Numbered from the stretch's first letter, positions 23,510-38,205 are shown. The stretch: DNA of 64,000 nucleotides from Octopus sinensis (GCF_006345805.1 NC_043004.1:56978001-57042000); one strand, 5' to 3'. Numbers and translations: made by a program. Notes: a model not told the origin generated them from the letters alone.

Positions 23510-23529
23510 ATATATATAATATATATGTT

Positions 23530-23615
<86 letters not shown>

Positions 23616-23634
23616 TGTATATATATAATATATG

Positions 23635-23690
<56 letters not shown>

Positions 23691-23979
23691 TAATGTATAA
23701 AATAAACAGTAGAAAAACTGAGCAAGAGAGTGAGAGAGAGTGAATGAGAGAGAAAGAGAGCAAGAAAGATATCACAGAAAGGAAGATAGTTGTGTGTAAA
23801 TATATAATCATACCAATGTGTATCTATATATTCGTTATTGAAGAACGGAAAAATAAAAATTCTTTGATTTTGAAGACAAGTTTAAACATGTTTTTATCTA
23901 GTGGGAGATTCATTACGATAATCAAAATAGCATAGCTACAGGATGAATTTCTTTATTCTATTACTACGTACGTACGTGC

Positions 23980-24560
23980 GTCGAACAAAATACTTAACTG
24001 CATTTCTTCCTTTTGTTTACCATTTTAAGTTAAAGTTCCGGCAAGTTGAAGTTTCCTTCTGTCATTCCAGAATCGATAAAATGAGTAGCAATTATGGAAT
24101 GGGGTTGGACGTAATGGCCTTACCTCCACCCCTAATATTGCTGGCCCTGTAGCAAAATATGAAGCCATTATTACTAGTTATGTAGCGGAGACAAGATGGC
24201 AGAATTATTAGCCAACCGGACTGTGCTATTTCTTCCGGTTCATTAGGTTCTGTATACATAACTCTATCTCCCCGGAGCAGAAAAAAGGTACCGGTCAGAT
24301 AGTTCGGTGGCCAGTATCAGTTAAATCTTCTTGAAATCATTTATATTAGGAATAATTGGGTGCAACTTGATTTTCATTATTTTCTGCTTCCACTTCATCC
24401 GTCCTTACGTTCTGAGTTCAAATTCAACCGAGGTCGACATTGCCTTTCATTCTTCCAAGGCCGATGAAATGATTACCAGTTATGCACTGTGGTCGATGAA
24501 ATCGACTAGCCTCCTCATCCAAAATTTCAGTCCTTGTGCCTATAACATAAAGAAGTGTTC
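23980..24560 (+). mobile_element. Cluster of decayed tRNA-derived SINE family 2 fragments
   Basis: tacgttctgagttcaaattcaaccgaggtcgacattgcctttcattc... at 24405-24540, plus more degenerate head and core pieces upstream. Confidence 0.55.
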
Positions 24561-26559
24561 ACTGCTTCACGTTTTTCTATTTTCTCTGTAGATAAACATT
24601 TATTCCACAACTTACCGTAATAGCATTTTACAAACATATTTTAATGACGTTTTAAGCTCAGAAATTCTCTTCGTTGGACAGAATAGGAATATTCTTGCTT
24701 TATAAGGGAACGATTATCAAAGTGATAGAGTTAAGAAAAATACCGTCTATTGTTTGAACGGATCTCACCGTTATCAAGCCTGTATTCTTTTAGCCAATTT
24801 TATCCTGTTCTAAGTATTCTTACTACTTTACTGGCTTTTCCCCAGTGGCTAAAGTCCTAAAAGAAGGTAATGGCGCTACCCTGCATTCTCTAATTAACTC
24901 GGAAAAATATTATCGCAGCTGATACTGTTATCAAATATTTCAATTTCTTACATTCCTCTATATTTTTTTATCGTGTCTCTTTGTGAAGGTTAGAGATAAT
25001 GATTGAATCAGTTGCCATAAGCCATGCACTCGATAAATAATTATCCATCTTAACATATGCACTGAAATACAGAAGAAATATCAGTAGAGAGTGAGTGCAA
25101 CTTACTTTAAGTTCTTAATGTATTCCTATCACTTCACTGACGTTGTTAACTAAATCATTCCACTCTCCATAAAAATTCGATCTGTCAAAACCCATTCTGA
25201 CCTGTCTCAGCTGATAAATCTTTGTGGTGCTTGTAATCAGTGCGGTTAATTTATATGATTAATCATTAGAGAGGAAAGGCCAAGCAATTAACTCAGCTAC
25301 ACTAATGCCTGGAGAGAAAGATAATTCCACCTCGTATTATTGCGATATCAAATCTTATGACTCGATTTAAGATCATACTTCTTTCTAATACTTTGTAGTT
25401 TGGGGATTTGAAGAGCAATTAAAATCAATTTAGATTTTACAAAATTAATCCATCTGTGCGATTGGTATAATGTTAGTGTCCCCTAATCAACGCGTTATAT
25501 TATTTAGGTAAACTCGTAGCAGAATCAACTTTAGCTTTTGCAAGTATTGGGTCATTAGCAAAAGTATAAGGTATACATGAATTATTATTAAAACTTACAC
25601 TCACCTTCTACACTTACATTCTTTGTGCTGGTATTCAATAAAAGAAATCAATGTAATCAATCCAAGCAGCAATTAAGTGTAAATCAAATACGAAAATCTG
25701 AAAAGTTGTGTTATTTGTTCATTATATTTCCAATCTGGAAATCAACGAATTCTGACAGATACGCCTACTCACACAACATGTTTGATGTTTCGCATTGTTT
25801 TAATCTAATTTTACGAAATTGAATGTTTATTCAAATTTTATTATACAAACTTTTACTGAATTTTCAAATAGAATTTGTGTTGAAAAAATTAAATTATATA
25901 TTTCAAACTTTTAACTTAATACTAAACATATTTGATGAAATAATTATTTCTATTGATTCTGATTTAGCTACTAGACAAACAAATTTGAGGGTAGGGGATT
26001 AGTCAATGACCCTGCATTTCACTGGGTCGACTTTCGGTTAGGAAGCTGCATTGCAAATTTCCTCACGCTGAGATTCGAAACCAGAACGGGAAGACTCATA
26101 AGAAATACAATAAAGGCATTTTGTTTGACGCTGTAAGATATTTGTTAATCCACCCACTCAATATTTCAAGTAAATTTGCTATAACTTTTACATTTTTCTT
26201 ATAATGACATGAATAAGGGTATTTCAACTGGGATTTGAAATTGTGTGAGAACTTGGCTTGGTCTCTCAATATTACTATGCGGATCTTTATTAGAGACCAA
26301 GTTTAAATACTGGATTTACATGGCATTCAATTCTAAAATTCATAAGGAATAAAGATAAACTGAAAGGTGGTTAATCCTATGAAAATTGATACAAATGATA
26401 TAATTCAAGTTTTTAAATATCGCTCGTTTGTTTAGTTTTTATGAAGGTGAAGAATTTAAGACAGGAGGATTACTATGAGGAGGTATTTAAGTCAAACGAG
26501 GATTAGAAGAGGCGCGATACAAAGAAAATTTAGAAATTAACCAGGAGAACCAAACCAAT

Positions 26560-26598
26560 ATGTATATATATATATATATATGTGTATATATATATGTG

Positions 26599-26633
<35 letters not shown>

Positions 26634-26738
26634 GTGTATATATATATATGTGTGTATATATATGTATATATATATATATATGTGTATATATATATATGTA
26701 TGTATGTATGTATATGTATGTATGTATATGTATGTATG

Positions 26739-26773
<35 letters not shown>

Positions 26774-26841
26774 GTATGTATATATGTATATATATATGTA
26801 TATATGTATATATATATATATATATGTGTATATATATATAG

Positions 26842-26877
<36 letters not shown>

Positions 26878-26886
26878 GTATACATA

Positions 26887-26927
<41 letters not shown>

Positions 26928-27040
26928 ATATATGGATATATATGTATATATATAAGTATATATATATGTGTATATGTACATATGTATGTATATATGTATA
27001 TATATATATTATGTATATATATATTATATATATATATATT
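26560..27040. repeat. Compound (TA)n/(TATG)n microsatellite
   Basis: Direct reading. Confidence 0.95.
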
Positions 27041-27113
27041 CCAGGTCACTGACTGGAATCGAACTCGGAATCTTGGGGTTAGTAGCCCGCGCTCTTAATC
27101 GCTACGCCATATG
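27041..27113 (-). mobile_element. Isolated tRNA-like SINE head
   Basis: Minus strand gcatatggcgtagcgattaagagcgcgggctactaaccccaagattccgagttcgattccagtcagtgacctgg. A and B boxes present, acceptor stem not complementary, runs into (TA)n. Confidence 0.6.
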
Positions 27114-27114
27114 C

Positions 27115-28560
27115 TTACAATAGTAAGCAACCCACACACCCGAACAGATACCACAGAAACACGAAAGACCCTAACACTAAAAACCGCACAATACTTATCA
27201 ATACTAGAAGTAATTGTAATTATAGAACTAACTTGTGGTATAAAGCTATATTCGAGAAAATAATAACATCCAACAACCCAAGGCTGTTTTACACAGCGAT
27301 CGAAAAACACTTTCCCAAGTCTAGCAAGTACCATAAATTTTAATACATACAATGTATGACTGGCCTTCTCCATTAGATGTAACCAAGCACAGATAGTAGC
27401 TGCACATAACGCAAGAAGACTATCTCACTTCGAAAGGAAATTAAACAAATATAAGGAAAATATCAAATGGAAAGTTTGGTACTCTGAATCCGGACGATAA
27501 GTTATAAATAGCTATCAACCGAAGGGACCTATGTGCGAAAAACTAAATAACACGCACTAGGGGGAGCGGGGAGATAACCCAAGAACCACTAGTCAAAAGG
27601 AAACATCCGTAAAACATATTGATATATCCATGGAACTACGAGGGTGAATCACTTGAAATACCAGTACACAAGTATAAGGAACTCAGAAATAATACTGGAC
27701 CGAAAGAAACGAGGACAGCAGAGAATTTTAGAGGCGACTATAACACAATAAATAATAGGATTAGGGAATCTGATCTTTGCTACTGTGTCACGGATAAAGT
27801 ATGTCCTTTAGACTCAAAATGTATGACAAAACTTTTGTCTATAGATGCAAAATCACTTCTGAGGGAAGGTCCTACTTTATATAGGGACTAGCTCTCGTAA
27901 TTTCAAGAGGAGACTAACTAATCCTTTAAATTCTTGTAGAGATGGGAAAAAGGTAGATACTACTAGCCTAAGCAGACTGATCTGGTCAATTAAGGACAAA
28001 AAACATAGCTATTCTATAGAGTGGGAAATGATTGTACAGCTAAACGATATGAGGCAATGGGGAATAGATGCGACTTTGTATTGAAGAGTTATGTCAAATA
28101 TTTATATCAAGAAATACATTATTTAATATGATTTGAACAGGCCTTAAGACACAAACACAAGACTTTTAATAGATATAAAGCTGGTTCTGGATAACCAATA
28201 CCACACACACAGTTGAGTGTGAAGAGACGGATAGAACACACCCTAACCCCCCACAAAATTAGTAGCTCTCTTTACAAACTAACATATATCCTATCCAATG
28301 TATACCGGAAAACATTGGCAACGCAACAAAAAAATTGGATCTATGAACAATTAAAGACTCTTCCCTACAAGCATTACACAGGAAACCAAGCTATAGCGCA
28401 CCCAACCACTAAGATGAACAAGGGACCGTGCGAAAACACTAATTTCAACCCTGACCTAATTAGACTGAACCATGATTTTGCACCGCGACCGCTGTGAATT
28501 TGTGGCCAACCGCACAGGCCTCCAAACGGATCACGGTTCAGTGACAAAATAACTTCTCCC
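27115..28560 (+). mobile_element. Decayed Penelope-like element (second family)
   Basis: Broken frames give AIEKHFPKSSKYHKF, IVAAHN, CYCVTDKVCPLDSKCM, FVYRCKITSEGRSYFYIGTSSRNFKRR (GIY-YIG-like) and SLSRLIWSIKDKKHSYSIEWEMI. Confidence 0.7.
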
Positions 28561-28864
28561 CCACCCACCCACAGCACTAACTAGCAAAATATCTAATTGC
28601 AGTCAGTTCGTACCGAATCTAACCAAATGGGTAGACTCTGAAGATGCTGTGAAAATGGTGCCAGGTGGCATCTGCAACTACATTAAATCTGTGCAGTGGA
28701 ATCATGTGTAGGTCATAAAGACCATAACAATATGCTGTATAAAACTGTAAGAGAAGAGGAAATAAATTTTGAGCATGAACATGTATCCATTTCTATATCG
28801 TTATAGTTTTTGCTAAAATATACTCCAGACAACATTACTCTCCAGCGAAGCGAGCACAAAATTA

Positions 28865-29056
28865 CTCTACATTTCTCTCTATTTTACTCAGTCATTCCTT
28901 CTCTCTCTCTCTCTCCAACACTTCTTTTGTCCTATCTTTTTATAGATATCTGTTTGGACATTATGTGCCTTGCCCTCAGTTGAACCGTCGTCTAAACGGC
29001 CGAACAACGTTCTGTTATTGCATTGATTCGGTTTAGTAGGAATGAAATAGTACCCC
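28865..29056 (-). repeat. Unclassified dispersed repeat, copy 2
   Basis: Inverted homologue of 1340-1515. Confidence 0.75.
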
Positions 29057-30949
29057 GGATGATATACCACTCCAAACTCAGACACACACACGCAATCACA
29101 CACGCACACACAAAAACAGAATCACACACACACACACTTTGGGTTGTGTTTGTGTCCATAATATTAAGACTGTCAGAAAGTAAGTTAGAATACACTTGTC
29201 CATAGTTATGGACCGTGGCATTGGAAGTCAAACAACATGTGGGGAAAGTAAATTTCTCAACCCTGCAAACCCAGTCTGTATCGGCTTTTTGAGACCTTAC
29301 GTATAACCAGATTCACACACATTTATGAACATTGATTTATTATGCCAAGTTTCTTAGATGAGGGGATACAAATTTGATTCCTTCCGAATGTATCACTGGT
29401 TCTGATTTCATTGATTACCAACAGGTAATTTTTTATCGATCGCATCCACAGTTGAAGTCATTCACACCCGAAAGGTATTATATCCATCATATCTATATGT
29501 TCTTGTGGCTCTCAGATCACCTAGCTAATGTTTATTTTTACCAATTTAAAGCGGTAAAAATGACATAAGAGAAAATGATAAATATTTATTAACCTCATCA
29601 ATTTCTGTGGTGTATAGACTCGCTTCTTTGATCTTTTATGACTGGGGTTATATATCAAAACGGTATCAAATCTAATTATATTTTCCATTAAATATCAGTT
29701 ATTATTTCCGACAGTTTTGTGGATTCAGGTACATTATATTATCAGTCTAGGTTAGAAATACAACAAACTCTCTCTTACTGATCGCATACATACACACATA
29801 TATACGCACGCACATCGCACACACACACACACACACACATGCATATATGTTGTGTATGTGAGCGTTTGTATAAGTGTACGAGTGTATACGTGTATGTGAA
29901 TATATTATCAAAAAAAGTTTTGACTGAAAATTTGTTTCGCTTCATAGCTTATTCGTCGAAACAAAAGGAATTTTATAATTGGTTTTAATCTAGCTTTAGT
30001 ATTGAGTGCTCCATTCGTAAAATGTCTCTTGATAATCTGAACATGTTTTGATATATGAAATTCGAATGCACATTATATATATATATATAACGGGAAGCTT
30101 TATGAAAATAGACAAAAGACGAAGGCAGGTGGAATACAAACAAACAATTGTATTAGTATGGCGCTCAGGAATATAATATATATATATATATATATACATA
30201 CATATAAAGAGTCGTAAACACTGTCACGAACACTAACACACACACACACATATCTATTCATACAGAAATGAATTGACAATCGGCAGAGCAGTTAGTACAA
30301 GTGCAACATCGATATCCGGAACTTTTGTTTCAAAAGCCGTTTCGGGTTAAATGCTAAATTTACTTAAATAATTAAATAAACTACTGTCACATGCACATTA
30401 GTATAAATAAAACAAATTTATTAATAATGAACTGTTCAAGGAACGTGTTTGCGCCAGATACCAGTAAACTAGCCGGGTGTCAGTGGAAATTTGAAGCTTC
30501 TGCTTGTAAATCAATGTGCTGTTGTACCTGTAGTTAGGATAGAATATATTGTGTTATTTCTTCCCCCTCTACCTTCTGGGAGTTACACTCTGCTGCTGTA
30601 AATTTTTTGTTATCTTCTTTTGGGGCCAATATATTGCACCAATTCTTATATTTTATTGTTCAACACCTTTCAGAAACCGGATGAACATATATTCTAATAT
30701 TTTCTGCTTGTTTCATTCATTAGACTGCATCCATGTTGAGGTACAGATTCGAAGAATATTCGTAAAATTATCCGACCTCATTAGTTGTTCTTCTTAAGTG
30801 GGTTCTTTATCAGAACCGTTGGTGGAACCGCTAAGTTACAAGGATGTAAACACATGGGAAGAAACTTCTTAACACACAGCAACGCCTGCAACTATCATGC
30901 TTATTAACCATAGTATCGCTGTGTCCTGACTGAGTTTTGTTTTTGTTTC

Positions 30950-31600
30950 AGAACATATCTTTCTTCTGATAATAATCAACGTTCATCATGAACGCAGCAC
31001 TGCTATTTTTGAAATTCTGCGCATATTACATAAACACCTGAATGATCAATCTATTCTAAATTTTCCCATCACCAGTGTCATTCTTCCATATTATTGCTTT
31101 CTTCATAATTCATTTTGTTCGAATTTGTTCACAAACACAGATCTGATGGAAAAAATATTGGGGAGAAAGCAGCATGATCATAGCGCATTGATCTTTTTTA
31201 TCCTACCAAGCACATAATTGCTTCCAAATACTCAGTGACTTCTCTGGTTTCTCTAGGTAAATGATGCTTTAATTCTATGAAGGTTATAGTATTTCCTCAG
31301 CTAGCAGGAATGTTGATGCACATAAATGACGCTTTTTTAAACTAAGCTTTTTGTCATTTCGTTTTGTAGTGTCAATTCACTCTACTGAATTTTCCGCCAA
31401 GCAGAAAGCAAAAGGAAACATGAAAAATAAAAGGATGTTCTTAGTAAAGCCTGGAACTTTGTTGTTTGAAGTATTCATTGCTTGCAGATCAGGATTTGTT
31501 AGTGTGATTCGTGGATTCAATTGTAAACAATTTTCTCTTGCAAAATCCAGTAACTGTTCAAATACACAATTGCAAAGTGCTCCATCTATCCTTCTCATGC
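30950..31600 (-). mobile_element. Highly decayed non-LTR RT fragment (R4/Dong- or RTE-like)
   Basis: Stop-ridden minus frames: AMNTSNNKVPGFTKNI (like KAPGxDxI), YLEAIMCL (like YRPIxCL), AFMMNVDYYQK (like AWIDYxKA), in the expected order. Confidence 0.35.
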
Positions 31601-32599
31601 TTCAACAAGATGATAGGTTTAAGATCCGTCAGGTATCTAAAAGGTATTTAATTGATAAAATAAATAAGAACATTTCAGATCCATTACCCATTTCACAAAG
31701 TGAAGCTTACGCTACTTTGTATATTTTGAATATGAAACCTCTTGTCTTTTACAGTCATATCCGTAAATAGATGTGATTCAGCATAAAATGAGACCCCTAT
31801 CGGTGGATCAACCTCTGTAACAATACCTTTAATTTATAAATTCATATTACTGAAACATTTAAGTTTCCAAACGAAATGCATCCTTATTTAAAAACTTTAC
31901 ACACTGCTATATGTGACAATGAAGATATCACGCAGAGCTGAATACTTTAGTGGTGTTCACATAATAAACATATTTATGAAACATTGGCCCTATATTTATG
32001 AGGAGCGTGGTCGCTATCTGTAAATTTTCTTAACTAAATGTTTTACTTTGAAATGCTCGATCACTGGAATTATGCAGCGCTATTTTATCACAAAATCAAT
32101 TAGTCTTGTCGTTCAAAAGTTTTATTACAGCATTATAAATAATAAGGTTTGTAAAACTTTGGTGGAGAAACAATCTCGCAGGGTTCTTTGGAGCTATAAT
32201 AGGTAAAACATTAACATAACTCTTCCAGTTTGTTGTAGTTTCCCAGATATTAATCCACTGTGATACCTAAAACCTGTGTAGGCGTTGAATGAAAGGGAGT
32301 AGTTATATCCGATAATTGATAACGGGGCTATGCAGGGAGGGGCAAAGGCAAAAGGAGACAAGCAGAGCACATAGCTAATTTTGTAATTTCGAAATTAAAG
32401 CAAATTCATCTTCTGATATGTTTTATTCATTAAAAGAAAGGAAATATTCAATCGCAAGAGAATCTAGAGAAGTTAGGTAGTAAATATGTGTTTTCGACTT
32501 GGGCGTAGTAACGTTTGCAAAAGTACAACACACAGCATCACTGACTTTTCTGTAAAGACAATAGATCGATTGACGAGTGACTAGATTTTTTACCAATAA

Positions 32600-32631
32600 A
32601 TAACACACACACATGTATATATACATATATG

Positions 32632-32663
<32 letters not shown>

Positions 32664-32692
32664 CGTATATATATGTATATATATATACATAT

Positions 32693-32724
<32 letters not shown>

Positions 32725-33300
32725 ATATATATATATATATACATATACATACATAAACACATATATATATATACATATACATACATACACACATATATAT
32801 ATATATACATATATATGTATATATATATATATGTATATATATATGTATATATATATACATATACATACATAAACACATATATATATATACATATACATAC
32901 ATACACACATATATATATATACAAATATATATATACATATATATACATATGTACATATATACATATGCATATATATACATATGTATATATAAACATATGT
33001 ATATACATATGTATATATATACATATATGTATATATATATGTATATATATATGTATATATATGTATATATATATGTATATATATGTATATATATGTATAT
33101 ATATACGTATATATATATGTATATATATGTATATATATATGTATATATATATGCATATATATGTATATATATGTATATATATGTATATATATATGTATAT
33201 ATATATACATATACATATGTATGTATATATACATATATGTATATATATATATGTATATATATATACATATATGTATATACCTATGTATATATATATACAT
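32600..33300. repeat. Large compound TA/CA/TG microsatellite (about 700 bp)
   Basis: Direct reading. Confidence 0.95.
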
Positions 33301-33743
33301 ATAAGCAGGTTTATAAACCTATATAGTTAATGAGAAATATAGTTACAGACATATTGCAAAATGATAAAGTTAAACGACTAGCTTGAAAAAGCTGGTTTTT
33401 CATCAGTAACATGACAAAGTTCTCAACTATGCCTCTCCCTTGTCCACTTAGGTCACATCAACCACTTGCTATTTTTAGAACAGAAACCGAGACACACATG
33501 GGTCTCCATCCGCCAGCATGTGTGAAAAATAATGACCAATTCTGACCTTGATACCAGTCAATTTTTGCCCTGATGAACGTTTTTGCTTTTTCAAATTCTT
33601 ACTTTAATTTAGTTGCATAAATACGGGTTTAAGCGATATACCGAAACGTGCGTAGGCAACATGAATTGACTATTATAGTATATCTATTGATTGTCCTGCG
33701 TATGCATTCTCCACTTTCTTTGTATTGTTATATATATATATTT

Positions 33744-35548
33744 ATAATGCTGAACATAGACGGAAAGAAAACTACTGTTGTCGGTGCGAGTAGACATCAT
33801 AAGTAAATTGTATTTCTCTCCGGGTAATATATGATATATTCTTATTCTGACTGAGTTTCATATTACTAGAACGTGTCCGCCAACATTTGCACGGACGGCG
33901 AATGACCCGGTCAGAATGTACAAATACTCTAAGAACTATTCTAGTAACAAGTAACCAAGAACACGGCGTGACATCCTGACTGCAGTCGACATCACACACA
34001 AACACGCACACTCAAATACACACACTCACACTTACGAACATACACACATTGAGTGTGTGTTTGAGTATATATGTGTCTGAGCGTGTGGACTATGTATATA
34101 TTCAATTTGTGGATATCTACAGATGTTAAGCAGAAATTTCTCCCCTCATTTTGCGTCTAACAGTGTTACTAGCCTTACCCTATTATCTATTCCAATCTTT
34201 TCCTTTCTATTTCCATTCTCCTCATTCCCTCCCTCGCTTTCCCAATCCTATGATTACATCAAAGATAACACTAAGCGAGATTCATTTCATATCTTCTCTT
34301 AAATATTCCTTTGATTTGACAACTTGGTACCTGATCGAAACTCAACACAGATTATATCGATTGAATATTTAATGATCTTACACAGGAGGTTTAATTTCAG
34401 TAAAAGCACTGGCAGCTGCGTTTTATGTACAGTGAAAATGTATCTAATCAATCAGCCATCTATGTAAGCATATGTATATGTATGTTGAATGTATTATGCA
34501 TGTAGGTGTATATGCACATATATAAATATATATACACACATAAATATATCCAAACACACTCATATACATGCATACATAATACATACATACGTACCTATGT
34601 ATATATATATATACATGCATATATATATACATGCATATATATATATATATATATATTATAATGCTGAACATAGACGGAAAGAAAACTACTGTTGTCGGTG
34701 CGAGTAGACATCATAAGTAAATTGTATTTCTCTCCGGGTAATATATGATATATTCTTATTCTGACTGAGTTTCATATTACTAGAACGTGTCCGCCAACAT
34801 TTGCACGGACGGCGAATGACCCGGTCAGAATGTACAAATACTCTAAGAACTATTCTAGTAACAAGTAACCAAGAACAACGGCGTGACATCCTGACTGCAG
34901 TCGACATCACACACAAACACGCACACTCAAATACACACACTCACACTTACGAACATACACACATTGAGTGTGTGTTTGAGTATATATGTGTCTGAGCGTG
35001 TGGACTATGTATATATTCAATTTGTGGATATCTACAGATGTTAAGCAGAAATTTCTCCCCTCATTTTGCGTCTAACAGTGTTACTAGCCTTACCCTATTA
35101 TCTATTCCAATCTTTTCCTTTCTATTTCCATTCTCCTCATTCCCTCCCTCGCTTTCCCAATCCTATGATTACATCAAAGATAACACTAAGCGAGATTCAT
35201 TTCATATCTTCTCTTAAATATTCCTTTGATTTGACAACTTGGTACCTGATCGAAACTCAACACAGATTATATCGATTGAATATTTAATGATCTTACACAG
35301 GAGGTTTAATTTCAGTAAAAGCACTGGCAGCTGCGTTTTATGTACAGTGAAAATGTATCTAATCAATCAGCCATCTATGTAAGCATATGTATATGTATGT
35401 TGAATGTATTATGCATGTAGGTGTATATGCACATATATAAATATATATATACACACATAAATATATCCAAACACACTCATATACATGCATACATAATACA
35501 TACATACGTACCTATGTATATATATATATACATGCATATATATATACA

Positions 35549-35575
<27 letters not shown>
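33744..35575. repeat. Near-perfect 914-bp tandem duplication
   Basis: ataatgctgaacatagacgg starts at 33744 and again at 34658. The units are almost identical (aagaacacgg vs aagaacaacgg) with boundaries in (TA)n. Confidence 0.95.
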
Positions 35576-35596
<21 letters not shown>

Positions 35597-35599
35597 CAT

Positions 35600-35687
<88 letters not shown>

Positions 35688-36824
35688 TATATGAATCGTG
35701 CTGTGACATGCATTTCTTACTCTGGTGTTGTTTCAACTGTCCGCTCTTGCTTGCTGTGAATGCTGATTAATTCAGCGACGATCAGCTAGTTTTGTGGCAC
35801 ATCGATCACCAACGAGGCAAATATTACTCTAAGCATATAATATTGAATCACTTTATCCGTTTCGATTTTAAGTTCAGATTGAAAGGAAAATATTATTTTA
35901 TGTAGATGAAATTTATTTTGAAACCTTTCTAATATTCCTGATTTTAAACACCTAAGTTTATTTACATGTTATTTAATAACCGGAATTATTAAAGAAATTT
36001 TCCCTGTACATAGAAATATATCTTGCTGGTATATGGTACTATGAAAACTGTAGTAATCTCAGTGAATTAATTATATTGATCTATTGAATAGAAAAATAAT
36101 TCCGGTGACGTAAAATAATGTATATAGAATGTAATAGATCGATTCTTTGATTCATTGCAGATTTCCGATAAGACAATTTAGATTATTTACTTATATGATT
36201 TTAGTCATAATTCTAATGATTAATGAAAGTTCTACTCATTTTGGAAATAATTATTGCATGTGTTTGAATGCATATTCTGTTTTAAGGAAATTGTAAAGTG
36301 ATAGTGTAGGATACATAGATGCATATAAAGAAATAAAGTTGTGAAAAGAATATGAGTTTCCAGTGAAATATATCTGGGAAATAGAAAATAATTTCTGCAT
36401 TAGGTCGGGGCATTAGAGCTTCAAGCTGCTGCAAACTCATAATCTTTTCTAATACGGGCACCAGGCCTGAAAGCTTTGGTGGGAGGGGAAAGGCTGTTGA
36501 TCCCAATAATCGGTTGTTACTTAATCCATCGAACCGAAATAGGTGAAAGGCAGACATTTCATCGCGGGATTTATCACAGAACCTACAGCCAGAAAACACG
36601 CTATAAAGCATACTGTCCCGCCAGTACACCGTTTTCTGCAGCAAACTGATAATGAGGCAATTTTTTGCATATCTTGGTTTGAAATAACTATTACATGTCT
36701 TGAAGCGAAATAATTTGACAATCGTGTCTTTTAAATGTTAAGAACAATATTTCTTTTATAGTATAAACATACGTATATATTCTTTTTAAAATTGGTTGCA
36801 AGTTTTGGCATAAGGCTATCAATT

Positions 36825-37005
36825 TGAGGGGAAGGGGCAAGTTTAATATATCGACCAGCGTCCTCAACTGGTAATTATTTTATTAACCCCGAAAGAATGA
36901 AAGGCAAAGTTAGCCTCGGCGCAACTTAAACACAGAATACAAAAACGGACGATATGCCACTAAGAATTACGTCTGGCATGCCAACCATTCTGCCAGCTCA
37001 CCACC
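36825..37005 (-). mobile_element. Decayed SINE family 2
   Basis: ccccgaaagaatgaaaggcaaagttagcctcggcg...ttctgccagctcaccacc matches the other copies. Confidence 0.7.
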
Positions 37006-37855
37006 TTTTTATTCTTTTTAATATCTATAATGCAATATGCAAGTTTTTCTGTAATGAGATCTGCGATTATCAGATATCAATTATTTGTGTAAAATGAGGT
37101 TTTTCAAAATTTAAGGCAGCTTAGAATATACATCTTCATAAAATCCATATTTCACTTTAAATATTTTTGCGATTTTCAGTAGAAGGAAATAAAAATTTAT
37201 GTATTCGCCATCTGCCAATTTACAGATATGTGATTACCAGTTATGAAAATGTCATTCTTCAATATTTGGATAAGATTTCATTTTAGTAACACTTGTGCTA
37301 TTTTAATATACGACGAACATCCATTTACTGAGAACTTTCAATTTTTCTGACATCTTCACCCTTTTCCATCGGTTTTGACAGCTCATAGTGCTTCATCGCT
37401 AGAATATATTTATTTTACTTTCAGTTTTAACTCTGTCGCTTATTGATAATATATGTCTAATACTTTTAGAAATGTACAAAATAACAAAATACTCTTTGAT
37501 ATATTGTTTCTCAGAAAACTGTTTTTCATTTATTTTAGATATTCAAAATCTTTAAAACAAAATGTGCTCTAGCTGTATCTCTGTGATAAATTTATAACTT
37601 ATATAATAAAAACAAATTATTAAAAATATTATTACGTGAAGATTCTGAGGGACGAAATACACACAAGGACACAGACAAACATGCATACGTACCCACGATT
37701 ATAGATAGATGCATACAAATATTTTAACGCATATACACTTGATAAAAATATACGAATTGTTATCTGGAATTTCTACAATTATGTCATTAACAGTTTTTTT
37801 TATAATGTAAGCATAATTTAACTAGCCAGATTTGTGTAAAAGAGAATTGTATATA

Positions 37856-38205
37856 CAAGGGTTGGACAAAATAATGGAAACACCTAGCATCATAATTTTT
37901 AGATATCTATAAAACCGTTAAAAGCTTGTTTATTTTAATGCTTTTATTTATTTATTATTATTGTTACTTATTATATTTTGCTAAAATTGCTGCTTCTTTT
38001 CAGATAACATTAGAAAAGGGTAATTAAAATACATTAAAATGACCGATCTATCGGTCTTTCAAAGAGGTCAAATTGTTGGTGCTCGTATGGCAGGCGCTAG
38101 CGTCACGAAAACAGCAGAAATGTTTGGTGTATGAAGAAGTACTGTCTCGAAAGTAATGACAGCCTTTGTGATAGTGGGAAAATCCTCCTCGTCGAAAGGA
38201 AAAAA
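37856..38205 (+). mobile_element. Tc1-like DNA transposon 5' remnant (TIR plus transposase HTH)
   Basis: TA|caagggttggacaaaataatggaaacacct TIR-like start. ATG at 38039 gives MTDLSVFQRGQIVGARMAGASVTKTAEMFGV*RSTVSKVMTAF, a typical Tc1 N-terminal HTH with a stop. No second TIR seen. Confidence 0.8.

Noticed and set aside
27041-27113. tRNA gene (Ser-ACT-like)
   Set aside because: The acceptor stem is not complementary, the anticodon is atypical and it abuts a TA array; it is better read as a SINE head.
28630-28670. Hammerhead downstream of the 27-kb PLE (ctgaaga...gaaa)
   Set aside because: No helix II, helix III or helix I pairing could be built.
30951-31190. Plus-strand exon after a strong acceptor (gttttgtttttgtttcag), open for about 79 codons
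   Set aside because: No donor before the stop, and the minus strand is better explained as a decayed RT fragment.
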